Source of the DNA: an uncultured Saprospiraceae bacterium
GTDB taxonomy: Bacteria > Bacteroidota > Bacteroidia > Chitinophagales > Saprospiraceae
Direction of reading: 5' to 3'
DNA: 64,000 nucleotides
NCBI GenBank assembly: GCA_938015595.1
Contig: CALLPI010000010.1
Span: 214,167 to 278,166, forward strand
Part shown: piece after piece, positions 55,785-64,000 of the stretch
Layout of the letters: the number at the start of each line of letters is the position of its first letter
How positions within the stretch are numbered: the stretch's first letter is position 1
Notes under the pieces: model-generated
Databases searched by the model: none
The model's input: only the letters and a program-made list of their open reading frames with translations
Told to the model about the DNA's origin: nothing
Program-made: the position numbers and the translations under genes

Positions 55785-57455
55785 ATGCCAACCGACATCG
55801 AAATTGCGCGCGCCGCATCGCTCAAAGACATTGGCCAGATCGCCCAAATGCTCGGCATAGATGATGCCCAACTGGAGCGATACGGCCGCTACAAGGCCAA
55901 ACTGCCCTTACACCTGATTGACAAAGCCAAAGCTGCCCAACGCAAACTCATCCTGGTATCGGCCATCTCGCCTACACCGGCGGGCGAGGGCAAAACCACT
56001 ATGTCTATCGGGCTGGCGCAGGCGCTCAACCGCATTGGCAAGCAAACCATCGTAGTACTGCGCGAGCCCTCGCTAGGGCCTGTATTTGGCATCAAAGGTG
56101 GCGCTACTGGTGGCGGCTACGCGCAGGTATTGCCCATGGAAGACATCAACCTGCACTTTACCGGCGACTTTGCCGCCATTGAAAAAGCGCATAACCTGCT
56201 GGCAGCCGTCATTGACAACAACATCCAGAACAAAACCAACAACCTGGGCATAGACCCCCGCACCGTAGCCTGGAAGCGCGTGATGGACATGAACGACCGT
56301 GCCTTGCGCAAGATCATCATCGGCCTGGGCGGCACCACCGGCGGCATACCCCGCGAAACTGGATTCGACATCACCGCCGCCTCCGAAATCATGGCCATCC
56401 TTTGCCTCTCCGATGACTTGAGCGACCTCAAGCGGCGATTTGGCAATATTTTCGTAGGCTTCACTTATGACAAAAAACCCGTATTTGCCCGCGACCTCAA
56501 AGTACAAGGCGCCATGGCGGCCCTGATGAAAGACGCCATCAAGCCCAACCTAGTGCAAACGCTCGAAGGCACACCGGCCATCCTGCACGGGGGGCCATTC
56601 GCCAACATTGCCCAGGGTACCAATTCCATCATTGCCACGCGAATGGGGCTGAGCCTTTCAGACTACGTCGTCACTGAAGCAGGCTTCGGCTTTGACCTCG
56701 GCGCAGAGAAATTCCTCAACATCAAATGCCGCACCGCTGGCCTCTCACCGCACGCCGTAGTCATTGTGGCCACCATTCGGGCACTGAAGTATCATGGCGG
56801 TGCAAGCCTCAAAAACCTGGCTATGCCCGACCCCGAAGCCGTACAGCGTGGCCTACCCAATCTAGAGAAACACCTGGAAAATGCCCGCCTGTTTAACCTT
56901 CCAGTGGTAGTAGGTATCAACCGCTTCACCTCTGATAGCAACGAGGAGGTGGCTATAGTGCAAGCCCACTGCCAGCGCATGGGCATTCCGGTGCACACAG
57001 CCGAGGTGTGGGCTAAAGGCGGTGCTGGCGCGCTGGAACTGGCCAGCGCTGTGGCTTGCCTTGCTGACGCACAGCAGACACCCTTTACCCCCCTGTACGA
57101 CTGGAACTGGAGCGTAGAGGAAAAAATCCGCACTATTGCCACCCGCTATTACGGCGCCGACGGCGTGGAGTTTCAATCCAAAGCCAAGGCCGACCTCAAA
57201 CGCATCCAATCTCTGGAGTTAGACAAACTACCAGTATGCATGGCCAAAACGCAAAAGTCACTGTCGGATAATCCCGACCTCATTGGTAAGCCCACGGGCT
57301 TCACCCTTACCGTACGCGAAATTGAGATCGCCGCCGGTGCAGGATTCCTCGTACCTATCACCGGCGACATGATGCGCATGCCCGGATTGCCGGAAGTACC
57401 TGCTGCCGAAGCCATAGACATTGACAACGAAGGTCACATCACAGGGTTGTTCTAG
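55785..57455 (+). CDS. fhs: formate--tetrahydrofolate ligase
   Basis: PTPAGEGKTT and overall FTHFS similarity; 556 aa. Confidence 0.95.
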   Translation: MPTDIEIARAASLKDIGQIAQMLGIDDAQLERYGRYKAKLPLHLIDKAKAAQRKLILVSAISPTPAGEGKTTMSIGLAQALNRIGKQTIVVLREPSLGPVFGIKGGATGGGYAQVLPMEDINLHFTGDFAAIEKAHNLLAAVIDNNIQNKTNNLGIDPRTVAWKRVMDMNDRALRKIIIGLGGTTGGIPRETGFDITAASEIMAILCLSDDLSDLKRRFGNIFVGFTYDKKPVFARDLKVQGAMAALMKDAIKPNLVQTLEGTPAILHGGPFANIAQGTNSIIATRMGLSLSDYVVTEAGFGFDLGAEKFLNIKCRTAGLSPHAVVIVATIRALKYHGGASLKNLAMPDPEAVQRGLPNLEKHLENARLFNLPVVVGINRFTSDSNEEVAIVQAHCQRMGIPVHTAEVWAKGGAGALELASAVACLADAQQTPFTPLYDWNWSVEEKIRTIATRYYGADGVEFQSKAKADLKRIQSLELDKLPVCMAKTQKSLSDNPDLIGKPTGFTLTVREIEIAAGAGFLVPITGDMMRMPGLPEVPAAEAIDIDNEGHITGLF

Positions 57456-60271
57456 CGCTGCACGGCCAGTTTTCGGCTTACAGTCTTACCTTCCGAGTTG
57501 CGCATTTGCAAAGTATATATGCCGGGAGGCAGGCTTTGTACAGCCAGATGCAACACAGGATTGACGGCGGCGGCGTCCCAGTGGTCTGCCCACACCATCT
57601 GCCCCAGGCTGTTGAACAACGCAAGTACCACAGGTGCTTCCGGCGCTTCGCCCTCCAGACGCAAGTGCACAAAGTCGGTAGCCGGATTGGGCCATGCCAC
57701 AATACGGAGGCCATCATGCGTTTCCGGTTCAGTCAGAGCCATATCAAGCGAGGGGTTGGCCATTAGCGGAGTCAATACGCCTGTAACGCTGACATTATCC
57801 AACAATGCGGTAGCCAGAGTACTATTGGTGGTGCTTTCAGCAAAGACACCCACCTGGATACAGTTGGACATGGGAATCAGAGCACTCCCCACAAAAATCC
57901 AATTCGTACCGTTGGGCGAGGTTTGCATCTCAAAGCTATTGCCGTTGCGTATGATGCGCAGCCAGGTATGAGACGAAGGAAACTGCTGAGAGTTGGCCAT
58001 GCTGCCAGTTATATTGCGCACTTCGCGCCAAATAGCATTGGAAAGCCTAGACTTAAGCGCTACTTTCTTAGAACCTGGGGCCAGCGTTTCTCGCATCATT
58101 ACACCTGCGGAGGCACCATTGACATTGATGCTCACTACGCGAGCCGTAATCTGGCCACTACCACACAAGGGACGATGCACAAACTGAATGGCATCCAAAG
58201 CTGCCGATGGCGAGGCAAACCCTATGGATGAAATCTGAAATCCCGTACTGCAGCCATTGAAGGTGGCTGCGCCAAAGTTATTGCCCACCTGGGTGCTTGT
58301 CCAGGGGCTGGCAATGGAGGAAGAGCTGCTTACCGCCACCATAGCCGTACAAACGCTGGAGTTGCCAGCAGCATCGGTGGCTTGTACCGTCACCGCAATG
58401 GTTTGGCCGTCATGTGAGCAATTAAGCATTGCGGGTGTAAAAGTCAGGCTCACCGGGCTGCTGCAGTTGTCGCTGGCAGAGAGTACCACGTCGGCTGCTG
58501 TCAGTGTGTATGTGCCACTGGCACCTAAGGCTATGGTGGCGTTTTTGCACGTGAGCGAGGGCGGGGTCAGGTCGCGTGGCCTAGCCTGAGTAAAGCAAAA
58601 GTTTGTGTTCTGGCTAGCGTCAACGGCCAGCACAACTACCGGTATATCGGAAGTAAGCGGCGTGCCCGGTGCAGGAAACTGCAAGCGTACGGGGTTGGGG
58701 TCACAGTTGTCGCTTAGGGTAACTGCCGGCCTGATATCGGGCATAATGGCTTGGCACAAAGTATCGAAGGGCACGTCGAATGGTGGCGGACAGCTCAGCG
58801 CGGGCGGCGTGCCATCAGTCAGCCAAAGATTGAAGGCACAACTTCCTTGGTTGCCAGAAGCATCTGTAATTTTGAACGATACAGTGGTATTGCCATACAC
58901 TACCGTGCCGGGTAGTGGTGATTGAGTTATGACAGGATTGGGGTCGCACTCATCCGATACCACTATTTCGGAGCGGTAGTCAGGGATGACAAAGCCACAG
59001 TTTGCATTGAAGAAGGCGAATTTGTCAATCAGACAGTACACGCTTGGCTCGGTTAGGTCGAGCAAAGTAAGCTGAAACGCGCGGTGGCTTGCATTGCCGG
59101 ATTCATCCTGTACAGTAAGTGTGATAGTGGTGTTTTGGCTCACTACTGTACCAGGCACAGGATTTTGCAATACAACAGGTGCGGGGTCGCAATTGTCGCT
59201 AAAGGTGATCATCCCAGAATAATCCGGGAGCACAAAGGTGCAGTTGCTACCCACTACACCAATCTGCGCACCTGGATAACTGAGTATGTTAGGCGCGATG
59301 GTGTCTTCCAGAAAAAACTCAAAGGTGCAGCTACTTATGTTCGAGAATTTGTCCTGAGCAGTAATGGTTATCATGGTATTGCCATACACCGTCGTACCTG
59401 GCAGGGGGCTTTGAACGAGCGTAGGCAAGGGGTCGCAATTGTCCATAACAAAGACGGAGGGGCGGTAGTCGCCCAGCGTAAAATCGCAGGCGGCGCTGAG
59501 GAAATCCTCCATTATGAACGGACATATCACCAGCGGTGGTTTCTGGTCTGTACTCAGCCCGCAGGTAAGCTCGCAGGGAGCGGGCAAAGAAAAGCGGATG
59601 TTGTCATCCTTATCCCAGTAGGTCGGATCATGGAGTGCGGCGCGCAAATCGGCCAGGTTAGGTCCAGTAACGGCGCAGCTAAAACGCGCATTGTCAATCT
59701 GCGGGCTAATAGCCAAGGCATTAAGGCCGTTGGTCAGCCCGGGCGGCAGGTAGGAGGTATTGTCGCTGGTAGCGTCAGCATCCCAGGGGCCGTTCATTTG
59801 AATGGCAGCCAGGATTTTGGCCTGTTCTGCCGGGGAATTATCTAATGGCTCGGTACCTTGATAAGCAAACAACTGATCTCCTGCAGCTGAGAGCAGTATA
59901 TTGCTACCTGTACTGGAACCAGCACTCAGGCCGTCTTGGTCAATGAATATGCCAGTGTTGCCGGGCACCCGAAATTGCTCTCCAGTGGTACGATCATGTG
60001 CAAAAGTGATGGTCAGCGTACCTTCTCCCGCCCGGAAACCTCCGGTAGCCTTCCAGCCTCTGTCGGTGAAAGTGATGGTAGTGCCGGCCTGTACATCCTT
60101 GAGCAGCACAAAGGAGAAATCATCGGGATTGTCACTGTTGTAGCCAGTGAAGGCAATGTCTCCAGTGGTCAACACAGTTTGTGACAAGACTGCCGTGTGG
60201 AGCAGTACCAGCAATGCACTGACTAACACAAGGGGTCGGGCAAAAGCCCGGTTGGGTTGATATGTTCTCAT
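57452..60271 (-). CDS. T9SS-secreted protein with an N-terminal unknown domain, ~5 HYR-like repeats, a LamG/DUF1349-like domain and a type-A sorting tail
   Basis: Signal peptide. Repeated ..C.F..PD......DNCDP.P...Q.P.PGT......I....D.SGN...C.F units. The C-terminus reads WPNPATDFVHLRL..LPPGIYTLQMRN. Confidence 0.8.
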   Translation of the reverse strand: MRTYQPNRAFARPLVLVSALLVLLHTAVLSQTVLTTGDIAFTGYNSDNPDDFSFVLLKDVQAGTTITFTDRGWKATGGFRAGEGTLTITFAHDRTTGEQFRVPGNTGIFIDQDGLSAGSSTGSNILLSAAGDQLFAYQGTEPLDNSPAEQAKILAAIQMNGPWDADATSDNTSYLPPGLTNGLNALAISPQIDNARFSCAVTGPNLADLRAALHDPTYWDKDDNIRFSLPAPCELTCGLSTDQKPPLVICPFIMEDFLSAACDFTLGDYRPSVFVMDNCDPLPTLVQSPLPGTTVYGNTMITITAQDKFSNISSCTFEFFLEDTIAPNILSYPGAQIGVVGSNCTFVLPDYSGMITFSDNCDPAPVVLQNPVPGTVVSQNTTITLTVQDESGNASHRAFQLTLLDLTEPSVYCLIDKFAFFNANCGFVIPDYRSEIVVSDECDPNPVITQSPLPGTVVYGNTTVSFKITDASGNQGSCAFNLWLTDGTPPALSCPPPFDVPFDTLCQAIMPDIRPAVTLSDNCDPNPVRLQFPAPGTPLTSDIPVVVLAVDASQNTNFCFTQARPRDLTPPSLTCKNATIALGASGTYTLTAADVVLSASDNCSSPVSLTFTPAMLNCSHDGQTIAVTVQATDAAGNSSVCTAMVAVSSSSSIASPWTSTQVGNNFGAATFNGCSTGFQISSIGFASPSAALDAIQFVHRPLCGSGQITARVVSINVNGASAGVMMRETLAPGSKKVALKSRLSNAIWREVRNITGSMANSQQFPSSHTWLRIIRNGNSFEMQTSPNGTNWIFVGSALIPMSNCIQVGVFAESTTNSTLATALLDNVSVTGVLTPLMANPSLDMALTEPETHDGLRIVAWPNPATDFVHLRLEGEAPEAPVVLALFNSLGQMVWADHWDAAAVNPVLHLAVQSLPPGIYTLQMRNSEGKTVSRKLAVQR

Positions 60272-60499
60272 AGTAGTGTTTGTATGTAGTAAAAAAAATT
60301 TCTCAAAGCACTTACAGCAACTACTCTGATGACCAGGCAGGCGCTGCTGAATGACATCTTCCGGGAGATAAGCCTTTGACAGAAGTAGTAGGAATACTAG
60401 CGCGAAGAGACGCTATGATCGGCTTTGGGAAAAAGAAAACTATTTTCAAGGGACAAATATACTGTATTTTTCTGAAATTGCAACCCAAAATTGAAAGAT

Positions 60500-61132
60500 A
60501 TGACCAACAAGTTCTGCGTATTCCTGGATGCCGGTCATGGCGGCATTGACCCCAGAGGCAATTACACTACTGCACCCTCCAAGATGTTTGACCACAAGAC
60601 AGGCACCTTTCACAAAGGTTCCGTGTTTTATGAAGGCGTATGGAATCGCACTCTCGTCAACCGAGTAGCTGCTAAACTCCAAAATCTGGGTATTCGCTAC
60701 CTGATGGTACACCACGAATACTTAGACACGCCACTGCAATACCGGATAGATATGGCCAACTGGTATCATCGGAATTTTGCCCCAGGCATTTACATATCTT
60801 CACATGCCAATGCCGCCAACGGACAGGCGCGAGGTTTTGAAGTCTATACCTCGCGTGGTCAAACAGCTTCCGACCCTATAGCTACCACGATGTTTAACAC
60901 CACACGGGAGCTACTGGGCGACCGCATATCCTACCGCCCCGATAACACCGATGGAGACCCCGACAAAGAGGCCGCATTCTTTGTGTTGGTTAGAACCCAA
61001 ATGCCGGCTATTCTTATTGAACACCTCTTCTTCGATAATATAGAAGATGCGCGCTTGCTGATGAATGACGAAATCGTAGATTTGTTTGCCGAAGCACAAG
61101 TACGCACCATTATACAACACATGCCATCCTGA
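60500..61132 (+). CDS. N-acetylmuramoyl-L-alanine amidase (Amidase_3 family)
   Basis: VFLDAGHGG, SSHANA, EHLFFDN. Confidence 0.85.
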   Translation: MTNKFCVFLDAGHGGIDPRGNYTTAPSKMFDHKTGTFHKGSVFYEGVWNRTLVNRVAAKLQNLGIRYLMVHHEYLDTPLQYRIDMANWYHRNFAPGIYISSHANAANGQARGFEVYTSRGQTASDPIATTMFNTTRELLGDRISYRPDNTDGDPDKEAAFFVLVRTQMPAILIEHLFFDNIEDARLLMNDEIVDLFAEAQVRTIIQHMPS

Positions 61133-61149
61133 AATTAAAACCTCCCGAA

Positions 61150-61806
61150 GTGGAAGACACCTACCTGACGATTGACGCTCCGTCGAAGGGAGAGTACAAA
61201 GACAGGGGGAGCAAATTCCTGGCCTACGCCTTTCCGATAAATACGGAAGCCGACTGGCAAGCCCGGCTGGAAGAAGTGCGCAAACTCCACCCCAAAGCCA
61301 GGCACCACTGTTTTGCCCTCAGGCTCGGCTTAGATAAAAACTACTTCCGCGCCAACGACGATGGCGAGCCTGCTGGCTCTGCCGGAAGGCCTATCTTGGG
61401 GCAGATTGACTCCTTCGGCCTCACCAACGTGCTGGTAGTGGTGGCACGTTACTTTGGCGGCACACTGCTGGGCGTACCTGGCTTGATCGCCGCCTATAAA
61501 GGCAGTGCACAAGACGCGTTGGCTCAGGCACAAATCACACAAAAAACACTTGAAGCAGTATATGAAGTCAATTTTGACTACGCCCTGACCAGCAATGTAA
61601 TGCAGGCCCTAAAACAGAACAACTTCACCTTACTGGCTCAAGAATACGATGTGCAAACTACCCGGATCGTCTGCAGCGTGAGGCTGAGCAGCGCAGAAAA
61701 CAGCTTACTCAGATTCAAGGCAGCAGCATCTGGCCTACACCTCGAACAGGCAGCCCAACTGGAACAGATACCCGGCTTGCAATGGCGCTTGCTGCGCGTA
61801 GGATGA
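61150..61806 (+). CDS. yigZ: YigZ/IMPACT-family protein
   Basis: KGSKFLAYAFP, HHCFA, DDGEPAGSAGRPIL, VVVARYFGGTLLG. GTG start. Confidence 0.8.
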   Translation: MEDTYLTIDAPSKGEYKDRGSKFLAYAFPINTEADWQARLEEVRKLHPKARHHCFALRLGLDKNYFRANDDGEPAGSAGRPILGQIDSFGLTNVLVVVARYFGGTLLGVPGLIAAYKGSAQDALAQAQITQKTLEAVYEVNFDYALTSNVMQALKQNNFTLLAQEYDVQTTRIVCSVRLSSAENSLLRFKAAASGLHLEQAAQLEQIPGLQWRLLRVG

Positions 61807-61948
61807 TTCGGGCACGGCGCGGCGTCAAGCACAATTTACAGATATTGTGCATAAAACTTGACGAGTAAAGTACAAAACCTACTACCGCCCTTCAAAACAC
61901 CCTGCACTGGTTCCGCGTTATATAAATTCGCAAACTGAATTTTGTAAA

Positions 61949-62962
61949 ATGATCAACCTCGTCCTGGCGCAACAGCAATTGGAATCGAAGGGCTACCTCG
62001 ACATTGAAGTGGACCCTACCCTCGACCTCACAGCCGAAATCAACCGTCTTAAACGCGAAAAAAACGCCATCATCCTGGCGCATTACTACCAGGAGTCTGA
62101 AATACAGGACATTGCCGACTACATCGGCGACAGCCTGGGGCTGTCTCAAAAAGCTGCCGCTACTGACGCTGACATCATCGTGTTTGCGGGTGTGCACTTT
62201 ATGGCCGAAACTGCCAAAATGCTCTCCCCGCGAAAAAAAGTACTCCTGCCCGACCTCAAAGCCGGCTGCTCCCTGGCTGATTCTTGCCCGGCGCCGGTGT
62301 TCCGCGAGTTCAAAAAGAAATACCCCGACCACATCGTAGTCAGCTATATCAATTGCACCGCTGAGCTAAAAACCCTCACCGACATTTGCTGCACCTCTAC
62401 CAATGCCGTGCAAATCATCGAAAGTATTCCACCCGACCAAAAAATCATCTTCGCACCCGACATCAACCTGGGCAAATTCCTGGTGAAAAAAACCGGCCGC
62501 GACATGGTGCTTTGGAACGGTGCTTGCATGGTGCATGAAATTTTTAGCCACGAAAAAATTGTAAAACTCAAACAGCGCCACCCGCACGCCCGCTTCATTG
62601 CACACCCCGAGTGCGAGCCGCACATCCTCGAAATGGCCGACTACATCGGCTCCACCACCGGCCTGCTGAAATACACCATCTCAGACTCTGCCAATGAATA
62701 CATCGTAGCCACCGAATCGGGTATTATCCACCAAATGCAAAAGGCCTCGCCAAACAAGACCTTCATCCCCGCGCCGCCCAACAATGCATGTGCCTGCAAC
62801 GACTGCCCGCACATGAAGCGCAACACCATGGAAAAGCTCTATCTGTGCATGGAGTACGAGATGCCCGAAATCACCTTGCCCGACTGGATTATTGAGCAAG
62901 GGCGCACCTCCATAGACCGTATGTTGGAAATCTCTGCCCGGGCAGGATTGGTCAGTGCTTAG
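61949..62962 (+). CDS. nadA: quinolinate synthase
   Basis: [19 protein letters not shown], and a C-terminal Cys cluster region; 337 aa. Confidence 0.95.
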   Translation: MINLVLAQQQLESKGYLDIEVDPTLDLTAEINRLKREKNAIILAHYYQESEIQDIADYIGDSLGLSQKAAATDADIIVFAGVHFMAETAKMLSPRKKVLLPDLKAGCSLADSCPAPVFREFKKKYPDHIVVSYINCTAELKTLTDICCTSTNAVQIIESIPPDQKIIFAPDINLGKFLVKKTGRDMVLWNGACMVHEIFSHEKIVKLKQRHPHARFIAHPECEPHILEMADYIGSTTGLLKYTISDSANEYIVATESGIIHQMQKASPNKTFIPAPPNNACACNDCPHMKRNTMEKLYLCMEYEMPEITLPDWIIEQGRTSIDRMLEISARAGLVSA

Positions 62963-63741
62963 ACGAACTGCAGAGCCGGCGCAGCCACTTGTGCATGGCA
63001 GCTCATGGCTTGCAGAAACAGCTGCAACGCCTGCCGTTTGGCGTCGTCGAGTTCGTAGCTAATGTGTTCTGTGAAATAAGCGTGCAGGTCAAATCCCTCC
63101 ACCGGCGGAACGAGCAGATACTCCAGATCAGGTATTTGCTGCAGCCCATCCTTGAGCGCAGCATTGAACTCGCGCAGGAAATCTGCCGGCAAGGCCTTGT
63201 CGCTCACCCAAGCAGCAAATACAAAGGGCAGGCCGGTGTGCGCCAGCCATACTTCGCCGAGGTCATAGACGTAGGGAAATTGATTTTCCAGTTCAATAGC
63301 TCGATCGCCAATGATCAATCCAGCGGTGCCTCTTTGTATGTCAACTTCAAAGCCGGAATATGCTGGCACTAGCTCTGGCGTGATATGCCAGTACTCTCGT
63401 AGGAGGATTTTTACTAATTCTACTGAAGTACGGGAGTGATAATCCAGCAAAATACGGCTGACCTTCTCTAATGGGTACTCGCTGAAAAGGCACACCGTAC
63501 GCACGGCGCCGAGTGTGCCAATGCAATAATCTGACACAATGCGCGGCGTATTCAGCTCTGGTATAATGGCCACTGGCGTCAAAGCCAAGTCCACCTCTCC
63601 ACTTTTAAGGCGGCGCGCGCACTCGGAGGGTATGTGCAGTTGCAAGTCTATTTGCGCTGCTACTTTTTTGTTTCTGAGCAGCCCATACAGCAACGGTTTG
63701 GTATTCAGGTAGCTCACGGCGGCTACTTTCAGCTTTCTCAT
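62959..63741 (-). CDS. mqnA: chorismate dehydratase MqnA (futalosine menaquinone pathway)
   Basis: [21 protein letters not shown] and a periplasmic-binding-protein-like fold pattern typical of MqnA/MqnD. MqnA is favoured by the N-terminal motif. Confidence 0.75.
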   Translation of the reverse strand: MRKLKVAAVSYLNTKPLLYGLLRNKKVAAQIDLQLHIPSECARRLKSGEVDLALTPVAIIPELNTPRIVSDYCIGTLGAVRTVCLFSEYPLEKVSRILLDYHSRTSVELVKILLREYWHITPELVPAYSGFEVDIQRGTAGLIIGDRAIELENQFPYVYDLGEVWLAHTGLPFVFAAWVSDKALPADFLREFNAALKDGLQQIPDLEYLLVPPVEGFDLHAYFTEHISYELDDAKRQALQLFLQAMSCHAQVAAPALQFV

Positions 63742-63930
63742 GTTGTCAAGTAAGATTTTTGGTCATGCCTGCAGTTTCATTCATACAGCGCACAGCATCC
63801 ATTCTTGTGCTAGGTTCAGGCAGAGACTAACTTATGCGCATGCGCTGGTTTGCGAAGGTAAAGCAAAGGACACAAAGGGTTGCAAAGACTATACTGCTCA
63901 CTGCCGGCACCGTGCTCTAGCCCTACTATC

Positions 63931-64000
63931 TTACACCACTGGCAATGCCAGATACCCTTTGAACACCTCATCTTCTGGGAAGACGTGGTCAGTGTAGTCT
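63931..64000 (-). CDS. 3' end of an unidentified gene entering from the right edge
   Basis: The minus-strand frame reads ..DYTDHVFPEDEVFKGYLALPVV* with the stop at 63931-63933. It is too short to identify. Confidence 0.2.
   Translation of the reverse strand, partial: DYTDHVFPEDEVFKGYLALPVV

Noticed and set aside
63836-63845. Short perfect palindromes in spacers: GCGCATGCGC at 63836-63845 and GGCACGTGCC at 32533-32542.
   Set aside because: 10-bp palindromes are expected by chance a few times in 64 kb, and they have no flanking structure or repetition.

Overview
This 64-kb window is densely coding on both strands and looks like chromosome from a Bacteroidota genome. That assignment is an inference from five proteins ending in type-A T9SS sorting domains, SprB-type repeats, lipobox lipoproteins and Bacteroidetes-style promoter motifs. 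All calls rest on reading the six-frame track and the DNA by eye; no searches were run.

About two thirds is ordinary housekeeping:
- Translation and tRNA-related: yidD, prfB (with its classic +1 frameshift), fmt, miaB, pth.
- Nucleotide and central metabolism: nrnA, ndk, sdaA, dcd, glgE, gap, pgk, fhs, nadA, mqnA.
- Transport: corA and a DASS transporter.

Roughly 19.8 kb (sum of my coordinates, about 31% of the window) encodes large T9SS cargo proteins:
- a DUF1501 protein paired with a DUF1800 protein
- a 1460-aa protein built from three tandem ~880-nt duplications
- two adjacent giant SprB-repeat adhesin paralogs, with 19 and 12 repeats, that share a ~490-aa C-terminal cassette
- a HYR-repeat protein

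I found no tRNA or rRNA genes, CRISPR arrays, integrases or transposases.

The most unusual loci:
1. A self-contained mini-gene at 54017-54175 (-) with a candidate promoter and a clear intrinsic terminator. It encodes a 52-aa peptide with a double-glycine-type leader and lies directly upstream of a TPR/LytS-type histidine kinase that has no transmembrane segment and no adjacent response regulator.
2. A DUF1501 protein that carries both a twin-arginine signal and a T9SS C-terminal domain.
3. The tandem giant adhesin pair.
4. Two MbnP-like lipoproteins with no MbnH partner.

None of these can be confirmed without searches or experiments, and the functional ideas attached to them are hypotheses.
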